Positions 10,073 to 20,006 of a stretch of 64,000 bases of DNA are shown here, piece by piece (within the stretch, counting starts at the first letter, position 1; the number at the start of each line of letters is the position of its first letter). The position numbers and the translations under genes are program-made. The notes under the pieces are model-generated. The model saw only the letters and a list, made by a program, of their open reading frames with translations, made no database searches and was not told the origin of the DNA. The stretch is from a virus. Location: IMG/VR virus record IMGVR_UViG_3300017716_002841, positions 41,317 to 105,316 of that record. One strand, given 5' to 3'.

Positions 10073-11713
10073 CTACATAAATCTATCTAGGAAATATTTC
10101 GGAATCTTATGCTTATTCTTAACTACCATTTCAATAATAGCAGCATCAAGTACATACGTTTTACAGTAGTCTTTTTGTGAACGCACACCACGGCCACACG
10201 ATTGTATAAATGAGCTCAACATCTTGTTCGCATACCAATTAAAATCTAGTTTCATTAACTTCTCTACCCTTCTATCTGTCGTGGGTAAATATGGAGCTTT
10301 AATAACAATTTGAAATCTCGCAAGATCACCTTTTAAGTCAACTCCATGTGACATTGACGGTGACGCAATAATAGTAGGTTTGTCTGTATTATAATGTATA
10401 TCTAAGATTTCTTCATTACGTACACCTGGTTCGCGATAAATAATACGACTATTATTGATATTTGTTTTGAGGTAGTTCGTTATAAAGTTGGTATGAGTAT
10501 GAATAATACCTTTTTCATTTTTATGATGCTCGCAGATATCTTCAATAATTTTTACCAGTTTAGGTAAATTTACTTGTAAGTTATTATAGTTCAGTTTTGT
10601 TTTTGTAGCTACATAAATTGGAGCTTTTGATGCATCAAATGTAGATTCAGCTTCAATGTATTTATACTTGTCAATACCAAGCGATTTACAGAAGTTTACT
10701 GGATCTATAATAGTTGCTGACATTAAAACAATTTTATCTGCATAATCGAAAATACACTTTGATAGCTTATCAACCTTTAAAGGCATAAAATTAATACCTT
10801 TTGGCTGTCGTTCGAAAATATATTCACTATCCTTCCATGTACTTAGTAATGTTTTAATCTTACCATGTAAATTATTCAAGATAATCAATTCACTCTTTTG
10901 GTCGTTGAGAGCTATCGCAGTTATTTTTTTAGGTTTATTAATAATCTCACGTAGTTCATCAATTCGTTCATCAATATTACCGCAAAGATTTTCAAGCCAC
11001 CTTCCTACTTTACCATAATCCTCATTATCTGGAAACGGTGAAATATGAATTTGCGATTTTTTAAGGAAGTCAAAATTAAGTTGACAAGAGAACTCTTTTA
11101 CAAGTTGATCCTCAAGTTCTGATGCTTCATCACAAATAATAAACTCCTTATTTTTAAGGTGGACAGGTAAAGAAAAGAACATATTATAGTTTAGTGTTGC
11201 AAATGTAGATATAAGCGCGCTATTTCTTGCTTTATAATACGGACAACTATTTTGCGTCCAACAACTTTCCTTTAACTTATTTAGATGTAAACACGGTGCA
11301 TATTCTGCAGTAAATTCTGTATCATATGTACATTGATAGTTTGATTTACCTTTTAACACATCTGTATCATTAAACAACTCTTTGTACTGATCCTGCAATG
11401 CTTTAGTAATTGTCAACGCAAAGGTACCGAATGGTTGCTCTTCACTAACTTCATCTTCATATTGATAGCCTCCCAACGGCGTTCTTTTGTAGATTAAGTA
11501 TGATTCGACTAGCTCCTTGAATCCTGCTGAGGGTGGTTTTGCCACGTTGCCTAGTGTCTTTGATACAAATGACTTACCTGAACCAGTAGGTGCACTACAT
11601 ACTACAAACTTATAACCTTCATCAAAAGCCTTATTAATATTACTAATTAATTTTACTTGTTGATCGCTTGGAGTAAAACTACTCGGAAACTTTTGTAAAT
11701 ATTCGCCTACCAT
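10073..11713 (-). CDS. DinG/XPD-family SF2 helicase
   Basis: APTGSGKS, LKGKSNYQC...C...C...CPY (Fe-S-like Cys set), DEAS, MSAT, GVDL, QSCGRGVRS. Confidence 0.85.
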   Translation of the reverse strand: MVGEYLQKFPSSFTPSDQQVKLISNINKAFDEGYKFVVCSAPTGSGKSFVSKTLGNVAKPPSAGFKELVESYLIYKRTPLGGYQYEDEVSEEQPFGTFALTITKALQDQYKELFNDTDVLKGKSNYQCTYDTEFTAEYAPCLHLNKLKESCWTQNSCPYYKARNSALISTFATLNYNMFFSLPVHLKNKEFIICDEASELEDQLVKEFSCQLNFDFLKKSQIHISPFPDNEDYGKVGRWLENLCGNIDERIDELREIINKPKKITAIALNDQKSELIILNNLHGKIKTLLSTWKDSEYIFERQPKGINFMPLKVDKLSKCIFDYADKIVLMSATIIDPVNFCKSLGIDKYKYIEAESTFDASKAPIYVATKTKLNYNNLQVNLPKLVKIIEDICEHHKNEKGIIHTHTNFITNYLKTNINNSRIIYREPGVRNEEILDIHYNTDKPTIIASPSMSHGVDLKGDLARFQIVIKAPYLPTTDRRVEKLMKLDFNWYANKMLSSFIQSCGRGVRSQKDYCKTYVLDAAIIEMVVKNKHKIPKYFLDRFM

Positions 11714-11737
11714 ATATTATATTATAATATAGTTCCC

Positions 11738-12079
11738 TTATAAAACAGGAACAATACTTACAATATTGTCATACATCTTGTATGATGAACTATTTTTTTG
11801 CGATTTTAATTTACTTGTAATAGGTTGTAAATTATTTGTGAACGAACTGATTTGATAATTTAATGAGCAGCTTACTCCGTCACTCGTTACACTAAAGGGA
11901 TACGGCAATTCAAGGATTTTAATATCTTTTTTATCTGTTTCGATATGAAAACGAATGAAGTATTGCTTTATTGTAAATAATTGTAACTTACCTACCTTAA
12001 GAACCTTATTTTCACATTTAAACGCTACTTTAGATTGTAAGAATCTTTGAAAAATTTTATTATAGTGTTCACTATTCAT
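11738..12079 (-). CDS. Hypothetical protein
   Basis: 113 aa ORF, translationally coupled in the operon. Confidence 0.6.
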   Translation of the reverse strand: MNSEHYNKIFQRFLQSKVAFKCENKVLKVGKLQLFTIKQYFIRFHIETDKKDIKILELPYPFSVTSDGVSCSLNYQISSFTNNLQPITSKLKSQKNSSSYKMYDNIVSIVPVL

Positions 12080-12453
12080 GTATCCATAAAATTAATTTTT
12101 TGTTCTGTAGACATCGGAAATATGTTTGTATTGAAATAATTCCAGAAAGTTTCATCTGCTGGTATTTCTTTTATTACATCAACTTTATCTACTGATACGA
12201 TTCGATAATCCTGCATTAACACATCCCACACTACTAAGGCGTTGTTCTTAGCTTCGTTGAACTGCTTATTGTGTTTAGGTGGTGAATAGTTTAATACAAT
12301 ACGACCATTGGTAGACTGTAATAAACTATAAGATTTTGTACAAATCATCCTACGAGTTGGTGACTTACCAGGTAAAATAATACGTCTACTAAATCTTAAA
12401 TCTACTACATTATTTAGTAATAGATTTTCAAGCGTTGATCGTTGAACTATCAT
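12076..12453 (-). CDS. SH3/Sm-like beta-barrel protein (WYL_2/DUF2693-like)
   Basis: VVDLRF...TRRMICT...LVVWDV...DYR pattern. Confidence 0.55.
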   Translation of the reverse strand: MIVQRSTLENLLLNNVVDLRFSRRIILPGKSPTRRMICTKSYSLLQSTNGRIVLNYSPPKHNKQFNEAKNNALVVWDVLMQDYRIVSVDKVDVIKEIPADETFWNYFNTNIFPMSTEQKINFMDT

Positions 12454-12850
12454 TATTTTTTGGTTTGCAAATTCCGAATATTCTATTCTCGTTTAAAAAT
12501 ACACCATTCTTAATATTTCCATGATCTTTAATAGCCATATTTGCTACAGTCATGCCTAGGTTGCTAGGAAATAGGACAATATCACCTACCTTTGTATATT
12601 TTACTTCTGGACCAACCAGTATAACTTTAGCTTTTCGCCATGCTTTAGTTACGGTGTTTGTAGGTATATAAATACCGTTTCGAATAATTCCATCACCGTC
12701 CGATGTGAGATCGATATATTCAACAAGAATAATATCCTCTAAAATAAATGTTAACTCTAAATCTTCTAACCCGAAATCCCCATCTGAATGCGAAGAAAGG
12801 TCAATAAGACTTTTCATTGGTGCTAGTGTATCGATACTTCTTGATGCCAT
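12428..12850 (-). CDS. GroES-like co-chaperonin (gp31 analogue)
   Basis: DIILVEY...GIYIP...KAKVILVGPEVKYTKVGDIVLFP...LNENRIFG. Confidence 0.75.
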   Translation of the reverse strand: MASRSIDTLAPMKSLIDLSSHSDGDFGLEDLELTFILEDIILVEYIDLTSDGDGIIRNGIYIPTNTVTKAWRKAKVILVGPEVKYTKVGDIVLFPSNLGMTVANMAIKDHGNIKNGVFLNENRIFGICKPKNNDSSTINA

Positions 12851-12866
12851 ATAGTTATATATTATA

Positions 12867-13232
12867 CTAGTTAAAGAAGTCAATGTAATGTTTCAACTCG
12901 CGTTGCGAAATCATATTGTTTCTCGCAATAATAGGTATGTCTTTATTTTCCTTTTCTTCTTTTTCTTTTTTCTTTTTTACATAAGAAATCTTCTTATATT
13001 GACATGTAGGTATTAAATGGTAGTATAGTTTAAACATTTCGTTTTTATCATCTAAGAGTCCTGTAAACCGATTTAATGTTTCGTTAACAAAGACAGCTTG
13101 TGTAGCTCCATAAAAAGACAACCACCTATTTATCATAAACGGTGTAAATTGCTGAAGACCATCACTATCGAGGTCTTCAGCAATTGTCTTCTTACTAAAG
13201 ATTAATTTTCTTAGTAAGTCAAAAAAGTTCAT
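12867..13232 (-). CDS. gp62: Clamp loader small subunit
   Basis: MNFFDLL...FTPFMINRWLSF...NETLN...YVKKKK. Confidence 0.7.
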   Translation of the reverse strand: MNFFDLLRKLIFSKKTIAEDLDSDGLQQFTPFMINRWLSFYGATQAVFVNETLNRFTGLLDDKNEMFKLYYHLIPTCQYKKISYVKKKKEKEEKENKDIPIIARNNMISQRELKHYIDFFN

Positions 13233-13243
13233 AAGATATCTAA

Positions 13244-13825
13244 TTATAAGCAGATCTTCGTCGTAGCGATTTGAATATCTTTAACTTCATCATTAAAGAA
13301 TTCAATAACGCCTTCCATAAGATCATTAACAGACTCATCATTTAGTTTAGTACTATAAGCGAACCCTGGAGCCTTTTTACCAGCATTAACATTAATACCA
13401 GTATGTCCAATAGCTACCCCATCTTTGGAGTATGTGATTGACACACTAACCTTACCTACATCGCGTTCTGTTTTATCTGAACCAATAAACTTATCATGTA
13501 CCATAAGATCGTCACCTCTCATTTCAATTGGCTTTCCAATAAAGCGTGAAAGTAAATTAGCAATAACAGTATTAAAATGTCGTTGGAAAGCTACAGCACC
13601 AATCGAGCAGAGGTTTGGAATCTCCCAGCAGAAGTTAATAGAGTCGTCGCTGAAGATATAATCCTTAGTTAAGGAATCTTCAAGATCAATCAAGTTATCA
13701 CTTACAAACATAGGAGCTCTAAAAGCTACAATATTACCATAAGGAGATACTTCTTTGTTAAAGAATTGATAGGCAAAACGCTTATGTATAAGGTTTCCAT
13801 TATAAATCGGATGTTCAATAATCAT
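13244..13825 (-). CDS. DUF366-like protein (lipoate/biotin ligase-like fold)
   Basis: IVAFRAPM, LIDLED, AVAFQR, RGDDL, GKVSVSI, HTGINV. Confidence 0.7.
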   Translation of the reverse strand: MIIEHPIYNGNLIHKRFAYQFFNKEVSPYGNIVAFRAPMFVSDNLIDLEDSLTKDYIFSDDSINFCWEIPNLCSIGAVAFQRHFNTVIANLLSRFIGKPIEMRGDDLMVHDKFIGSDKTERDVGKVSVSITYSKDGVAIGHTGINVNAGKKAPGFAYSTKLNDESVNDLMEGVIEFFNDEVKDIQIATTKICL

Positions 13826-13840
13826 ATAACTTATTATATG

Positions 13841-15421
13841 TTATTGTTTATAATTATCAAGAGTACTCTCAAAGTATTCTTTCCAGTAGTTATATGTTCG
13901 ATAATCATCCGGTGTACCCCAACAAATATAGTTAGATACCTCAAAAACCTTTACATTAAGACCTATTTTAATACATTGATTAATTACATCATCAACGTAA
14001 TACTCACCGTTAGTTGTGATATTTTCATTGTAGTTTTTAAATAATCCTTCGGAGAAGTATTTTGCTTTTCTAAAAAACATAGTACCGATGATAGCGTGTG
14101 TCATAAGAGGGTCTTCACCTACAAACTTCTTACATGATACATTGGTTATACTATTAAATTCATCAACTTCCAACCACGAATACATATTTGGATTAACTTT
14201 ACTTGTCTGATTATTTCTAAATGACCATACAATTACATCAACTGTTTTATCATCTACAAGTTGCTGATATGCTGCTTCATCATATGTTACTCCATTATCA
14301 CATGCTGAGATTTGAATAGGTTTATTACTATCTATGTTAGCTTCACCAATACCTATTTCACACGTACACGCTTGACCTGAAGTTGTCTCACTAATTTCAA
14401 TAATAGATGTATTTGTAAAATTGTTATGTAATTCTTCTCTCAAATTATACTCGTTGAGGTGATCTTCTAGACAAATAAATACAGATGAAGAACATTTCGG
14501 TAGGCAGTTAACGGCCTGTACAACCATAGGTGAACCATCAACATCTAATAATGGTTTAGGTTTTTTGTAATTTTGTTCTGAAAAGCGACTACCGCGTCCT
14601 GCCATAGGTAAAACTAATACTGTTCCAGTTGGGTTTATAGCCTTTTGCTGCTTAATATCTTTCTCTTTAAAATATTTGAGCCATGATTGAAATACTTCTA
14701 GATCGTATGGTGTACCCCACTGTAACATTTTTTGAATTTCAAAAATACCTACTTTAAGACCATCACGTACAAGCAAATTATAAACTAAACTTATATAGTA
14801 TTCACCGTTTAAACTTAGCCCTTGATCCATCGCTTCTTTAAAATATTTCTTAAGTATATTTCTACTCTTAAAGTAATAGGTACCATTAGATGCATACTCA
14901 TCCATTTTATTTGTAGTAAATGGCTCTTTTTCTTTAATCTGAATTAGCATTCTATTCTCTTCTTTACAAAAAGCATAATTATCGCTTCCAAGCATATGTG
15001 GATGAAATCCTGTATAGCACGGTATCATACCATCGTAGTTTTTTACTGTAGATAAAAATTCCTCAAAATCCCAGACAGTGCCATAGTCACAATAGCTTAC
15101 AATAATCTCAGCTGCATCATCAATATACTCTCTTGCTTGATACACAGCGTCTACAGGACCTTTTCGATTATCTGTTGACACTTTTACAATTGTACAGTCT
15201 GGTACAATATTACGTAGTTCAGATTCAATATTATTATTTTTTATATGTTCCTCATTACATATAAATAAAACACTATTAACATTAGGAAATAAATTTACTA
15301 CATAATCAATAATTGGCTTATTATTAATTTTTATAAGTGGTTTTGGATCAGCGTAACCTGCTTCAATAAAACGCTTACCTATACCTGACATGGGTATTAC
15401 TAGTTGAATATTTCTTGACAT
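13841..15421 (-). CDS. Tandem two-domain sugar-phosphate nucleotidyltransferase
   Basis: Two repeats: IPMSGIGKRF..PKPLI..WGTPYDL and LPMAGRGSRF..PKPLL..WGTPDDY. Confidence 0.85.
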   Translation of the reverse strand: MSRNIQLVIPMSGIGKRFIEAGYADPKPLIKINNKPIIDYVVNLFPNVNSVLFICNEEHIKNNNIESELRNIVPDCTIVKVSTDNRKGPVDAVYQAREYIDDAAEIIVSYCDYGTVWDFEEFLSTVKNYDGMIPCYTGFHPHMLGSDNYAFCKEENRMLIQIKEKEPFTTNKMDEYASNGTYYFKSRNILKKYFKEAMDQGLSLNGEYYISLVYNLLVRDGLKVGIFEIQKMLQWGTPYDLEVFQSWLKYFKEKDIKQQKAINPTGTVLVLPMAGRGSRFSEQNYKKPKPLLDVDGSPMVVQAVNCLPKCSSSVFICLEDHLNEYNLREELHNNFTNTSIIEISETTSGQACTCEIGIGEANIDSNKPIQISACDNGVTYDEAAYQQLVDDKTVDVIVWSFRNNQTSKVNPNMYSWLEVDEFNSITNVSCKKFVGEDPLMTHAIIGTMFFRKAKYFSEGLFKNYNENITTNGEYYVDDVINQCIKIGLNVKVFEVSNYICWGTPDDYRTYNYWKEYFESTLDNYKQ

Positions 15422-15481
15422 CTTTTATAATAATAATCTAAATTAGCGTATAAATCAACTAAAAGTGGTATAAGTAAATAC

Positions 15482-16123
15482 ATGAGTCTAGAATCTGTCA
15501 TACACAATCAACGTCGTGATGTTGTTCAAAACAATGTTAATTTCTTAAAAAATAAGTTATACTTAGAATTCGGTACGTGCCATGGAGCATCTATGCTTGA
15601 ATATTATGGGCTATATAAAGAATTTGACATACAATCTTCTTTTTATGGTTTTGATTCATTTCAGGGATTACCATTCGAGCCAACTGACACTCTAAGTCAT
15701 AGAGTGTGGGGTCCAGGAGATTTTAGTACGAATGGTAATATCAACCCTGAACTTCTTAACAAACCGGAGTTAAAAATTGTCGACGGTTGGTTTTGCGATA
15801 CACTAACAGATAGTATTGCAGAAGAGTTTGGTGATAAAAAAATAGGCTTGTTACATATCGACTGTGATATATATACTTCGACTATTGAGGCTCTTGAATT
15901 TATTATTAAGCATAAATTACTCGTTGATGGTACTATAGTTGTATATGATGATTGGGGTGGTTGGCGTCAAGCAGGGTTAACAGAAGATCAGCAGTATGAC
16001 ATAGGAGAGGGTCGCGCTCACCGAGAGATCTGCGAAAAATACAATCTTAACTTCGAACTAGTTAATAAGGTTGTACCTGCATCAGAGTTTTACGAAATAG
16101 CAACATTTGTATACAGGGCCTAA
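15482..16123 (+). CDS. TylF/MycF-family O-methyltransferase
   Basis: LEFGT, GFDSFQGLP, GWFCDTL, LHIDCDIYTST, VYDDW. Confidence 0.85.
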   Translation: MSLESVIHNQRRDVVQNNVNFLKNKLYLEFGTCHGASMLEYYGLYKEFDIQSSFYGFDSFQGLPFEPTDTLSHRVWGPGDFSTNGNINPELLNKPELKIVDGWFCDTLTDSIAEEFGDKKIGLLHIDCDIYTSTIEALEFIIKHKLLVDGTIVVYDDWGGWRQAGLTEDQQYDIGEGRAHREICEKYNLNFELVNKVVPASEFYEIATFVYRA

Positions 16124-16143
16124 CTAACTAACGATTACCTATA

Positions 16144-16587
16144 TCATACTTTAACATAGTCGGTACACACACCATAAACATAGTTAATATACTTAAATTC
16201 CCGCATATCAGTCTCTGTGAGCAGTGGAATTATGCAATTAGTATTAAGCGTCGCAGTTAGATCGTGGACCCATAGATGCCCAGTACTGGTGGGAGTATAA
16301 GGGTCAGCAGTATGGCAAAAATACTTTGTGTTATTAAGTTTTTTTAACTCGTGAGCTGCTTCAATATTTTTGCAATGGAACCATAACTTTTCTTTACGTA
16401 AGTTAATCCATGTACAAGATACTTCGTAATCTGGTGTATCATGACCGAGCCAGAACCTATTATTTAAGAACCTAACATCTACTTCAACGTCGTACCCAAG
16501 CTGTAAAGCGCAGTCTATATATGAAGGGCGATTTTCCTTTGATGAAACGGGTCCTATTATATTTCCTCTATGTGATATAATATTCAT
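16144..16587 (-). CDS. GDPD/PLC-like phosphodiesterase, short form
   Basis: IISHRGN, ENRP, DVEVDV, LGHD, GVCTDY. Confidence 0.75.
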   Translation of the reverse strand: MNIISHRGNIIGPVSSKENRPSYIDCALQLGYDVEVDVRFLNNRFWLGHDTPDYEVSCTWINLRKEKLWFHCKNIEAAHELKKLNNTKYFCHTADPYTPTSTGHLWVHDLTATLNTNCIIPLLTETDMREFKYINYVYGVCTDYVKV

Positions 16588-16877
16588 ACTTCTTCTATTC
16601 TTAGTGTTTTGTCATCTATAAAAAGATCATAATACGGTTTATCTACCCTCAATTCATTGTATTTTGCACCCCATTCCTCTAGCTGCGCTTTTGTTAATTC
16701 GTACCAATCTATTTGCTTGCGACTGCCTCTTGACGTCCAGTAAACAATAGTATTACCTTTATCATATAACTTATTAATTTTTTCAATATTTTCCTTTATT
16801 GGAATTGCTTCAGCATATTTTCTGCTAAGCGGGCTTGTGCAGATTGTTTCGTCTATATCAACATATATAATTTTCAT
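16584..16877 (-). CDS. Small HAD-family phosphatase (capsule-locus type)
   Basis: YVDIDETI, WTSRG, KP, FIDDK. Confidence 0.8.
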   Translation of the reverse strand: MKIIYVDIDETICTSPLSRKYAEAIPIKENIEKINKLYDKGNTIVYWTSRGSRKQIDWYELTKAQLEEWGAKYNELRVDKPYYDLFIDDKTLRIEEV

Positions 16878-16885
16878 GTTCTCTA

Positions 16886-18355
16886 TTATTTTAAATTGAC
16901 TATTGGTAATGGCAAGTTTAAGATAATAAACGAAATATAATCATAATAAGAATTAGTTAATGGTATATTTTTATTAAAAATAAAATCTACCGATTGATAT
17001 TCTTTGAATGTAAATTTATAAAACTTACCTACTGCTTCTAATTCATATTCTAATCTTACTTTATTAAATGCTTCTAATATATTATCTACATTATATTTTC
17101 TGTCAACTAAAAGTTCTAAGCTAACAGGTTCTTCCTTACTTAAATCATCAACTAAAATAGTATCGTAAGAAAAAAATCTAATTATAACATCAGCATATTT
17201 TTTTTGTGGTAATATATGTGTATGATAATCTTCTTCACGCTTAGCAATTGAACTTAGAACTTGCTGTATGGTATAACCTCTTGTACTTACATCTCTCCTA
17301 ACTTTCCATTTATTTTTAAGAGTACGTTCAGTATCCATAAAAATTTTTAAATCGTATAACGCGCCTTGATTATTATACATACTATGTAGCCCGCACACAA
17401 TTAAATTATCCGATGAACTAATAGGTTGCGAAGAAGTAAACTTACCAGTATTATGATCGTAATCTACTTGGTATATAGTATTACCCATTTTTAAGTTAAA
17501 CACATCACTCTGCATTTTAGTTATGTGGTTTGCAGTAGGGTTTAAATGAGTTATGGTCTTCCAGCTATCATCTGATCTTTCCCATTTATGATATCTATCA
17601 CCCTCAAGTACAACAGAATTACAAAATAGATTTTTTAGTATATCGCTTAATACACTTTTACCTGAGCCAGAGTCACCACAAATAGCTATAGTATTACACT
17701 TTGATAAGATGAAAGAATATTCTATATCCTTAAGATTATACTGTATACCTCTATTGTTTAAATAGTGATGTAAGAGTGTCTCTGAAATATTTCCATGAGT
17801 AGATATTAAATGTTTAATATTTTCAAATATATTAAAGTACTGGTTCATGGCTACTGAAGGACCGTAGGCAAACGCATCGCATAAGTATGGATCCTTGGAG
17901 GTTAGCAGCTTACTACTATCTATTTTACTATCACTCGGAATGGTAATTATTTTATTACAGTCATCAAGGAAATCGAGATTATTAAAAGAAACATCTGGTC
18001 TATACCTAATTACAAGATCATAATCTTTACCGGTTGTTTTCTCGTTTATACACTTAAGCGTATTTAATTTGTATAATTTAGCCCAATGATTAATTGTATT
18101 GTTCGCTATCTTATCATTTATATATAGAAAATTTGATTCTATTATAACTGATACAGGTGATAGTATATCACTTATTTGCTTAATATCTTTTTCCTCTTCA
18201 ATTAAATTGAAATATTTATCCTGACTATTTTCGTCTTTAGTTAGATGCAAATAAACATCTACCTTACTATATTTTTTAAGTAAGCTCTCCTTTATATACT
18301 CTACATTGATAGTATAACTTCTAAGATAACCTGCAATTAAGAGTGCAACTTTCAT
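16886..18355 (-). CDS. Fusion of a putative glycosyltransferase-like domain and a phosphoribulokinase/uridine-kinase domain
   Basis: N: KVALLIAGYLR, YDLVIRYRPD, DAFAYG, ETLL; C: GDSGSGKS, DRYHKWER, LNPTAN, YDHNTGKF, GLH, WKVRRD..RG, ILPQKKYAD. Confidence 0.75.
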   Translation of the reverse strand: MKVALLIAGYLRSYTINVEYIKESLLKKYSKVDVYLHLTKDENSQDKYFNLIEEEKDIKQISDILSPVSVIIESNFLYINDKIANNTINHWAKLYKLNTLKCINEKTTGKDYDLVIRYRPDVSFNNLDFLDDCNKIITIPSDSKIDSSKLLTSKDPYLCDAFAYGPSVAMNQYFNIFENIKHLISTHGNISETLLHHYLNNRGIQYNLKDIEYSFILSKCNTIAICGDSGSGKSVLSDILKNLFCNSVVLEGDRYHKWERSDDSWKTITHLNPTANHITKMQSDVFNLKMGNTIYQVDYDHNTGKFTSSQPISSSDNLIVCGLHSMYNNQGALYDLKIFMDTERTLKNKWKVRRDVSTRGYTIQQVLSSIAKREEDYHTHILPQKKYADVIIRFFSYDTILVDDLSKEEPVSLELLVDRKYNVDNILEAFNKVRLEYELEAVGKFYKFTFKEYQSVDFIFNKNIPLTNSYYDYISFIILNLPLPIVNLK

Positions 18356-19248
18356 TGTAATAATTTATCAAAACATTTTAGATTTAAATCCTGCATACCT
18401 TTAATAATCTCTTTAAGTTTTGAGTCTGTAAAAATTTTATTAAAATAGTACTCATAGTTATCTGAAACATCTTTAACAGTTTGTGCAATATTATCGTAAC
18501 TAGACCATACAATATATTCACTGTAGGGTATTTTTTCCTTTAGAGGTACATCTTCACTAACTACAATAACACCGCTAAGTAGTGCTGGTAGTACTCTTAA
18601 TTCTTCGAAAGTGTGATGATGATCAGTTTGATGAACATTTACTAATACTTTTGCATTCTTGTACACATCATAAAGACAGTCATTTGTATAGCAGTTGCTT
18701 ATTGATGTAAACTCTATACTTAGTTGTTTTAGGCAATTTAATATTTCTGATCTTCTCTGATTTGAATTATCAGTGAACATTGTAATAATATTTTTTCTAC
18801 CCTGATCTATAAAGTTAGGTGAGAATAATAGAGGTGATATGTATATATTTTTATCAAGATACTCTTTAAACATATCGTTTGTTGATAGGTTATACATATT
18901 AGGTAGACTATACTCTATAATGTAGTCGAGATTGTTATAGTAATTAAAATTATCTACCCGTATTAAGTACGTGCCATTATCACACGGTACATTACCGTAT
19001 ATTAGCTGATGTACGGATCTACCACCTATCTTAACAAGGGTGTGTTCGCATTGTATATCAATCTTTATTGTTCTATTAGTATTGTTAAAATTATGGTTAT
19101 AATTACCTATTATAACATTAATAGAAATATTATTTTTAGCTAACCACGCCTTAAGTAAATTAACACTGTAATTATAATATTCCTGTATTAAAGTATTATA
19201 ATTGTAGTCGTGTAGTATAAAGGATTTGTTAACTTGCTCGATTACCAT
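18352..19248 (-). CDS. Putative GT-B glycosyltransferase
   Basis: AKVLVNVH...FEELRVLPALLSGVIVVSE. Confidence 0.6.
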   Translation of the reverse strand: MVIEQVNKSFILHDYNYNTLIQEYYNYSVNLLKAWLAKNNISINVIIGNYNHNFNNTNRTIKIDIQCEHTLVKIGGRSVHQLIYGNVPCDNGTYLIRVDNFNYYNNLDYIIEYSLPNMYNLSTNDMFKEYLDKNIYISPLLFSPNFIDQGRKNIITMFTDNSNQRRSEILNCLKQLSIEFTSISNCYTNDCLYDVYKNAKVLVNVHQTDHHHTFEELRVLPALLSGVIVVSEDVPLKEKIPYSEYIVWSSYDNIAQTVKDVSDNYEYYFNKIFTDSKLKEIIKGMQDLNLKCFDKLLQ

Positions 19249-20006
19249 TGGTCAGGTGTATTCTCAGTTCTTTGATGAGCTCTTTTTACAAAGTAAGTTG
19301 GTGTTGTGCAATTTACAATATCTACCGTATGGCAGTTGTAATACTGGTCAAGATTACTTATATTACCGTCGATATCGGTATTTGTATAGTCATTTAATTC
19401 CCACAATATTCGCGCTAAATATCTTTCTGATACTTCACGCTCAGCACTTCGCTGGATGGTTAATTGTTCGAAATAGCCTAATAGTTGATGAACTTTTGCA
19501 GTTGCTACAATAAAACTGTTACACCAACAGAAGGTAATTTTGTCTAGGTTATTATCTAAACCTAACTGAGCTAAAATTGCATTTGAAGCATGCTGAAATA
19601 GACCATCTTGGTGATAGGAATTAATAGTACACGCTGTCGTATTTTGATTGTTTAGGCTATTGAAATCATACTTGTTTTTAAGTACAAAAGTATCTTGTGT
19701 ACATGCAATATATTTGTAGTCATCTAAGATATTATTATCTATCAAATATCTCATACCTACACGATACGCTCCTATTTCAAATTTACAGTCAATATTATTA
19801 GTTAGCAATACAAGTCGGTCACTCTGTTCGAGAGTTTGAAAGATTTCATCGACATGGTTAGAGTTATTATCAATAACTATAGTTAATGCTTGAGGGTAAT
19901 ATTTTTTAATATTATCTGTATAGTATTTTAAATATGTCGCATGCCCTCTAATATATTTGTGAGCTATAATAAATACTATTTTATCATTTATATCTATATT
20001 TTCCAT
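19242..20006 (-). CDS. Glycosyltransferase-like hypothetical protein
   Basis: IVIDNNS, FEIGAY, CTQDT, ERYL; lies in the glycan island. Confidence 0.45.
   Translation of the reverse strand: MENIDINDKIVFIIAHKYIRGHATYLKYYTDNIKKYYPQALTIVIDNNSNHVDEIFQTLEQSDRLVLLTNNIDCKFEIGAYRVGMRYLIDNNILDDYKYIACTQDTFVLKNKYDFNSLNNQNTTACTINSYHQDGLFQHASNAILAQLGLDNNLDKITFCWCNSFIVATAKVHQLLGYFEQLTIQRSAEREVSERYLARILWELNDYTNTDIDGNISNLDQYYNCHTVDIVNCTTPTYFVKRAHQRTENTPDQW

Noticed and set aside
16886-17700. PRK-like domain as a carbon-fixation auxiliary metabolic gene
   Set aside because: It is fused to a GT-like domain inside a glycan island, and no RuBisCO or CP12 gene is in the window
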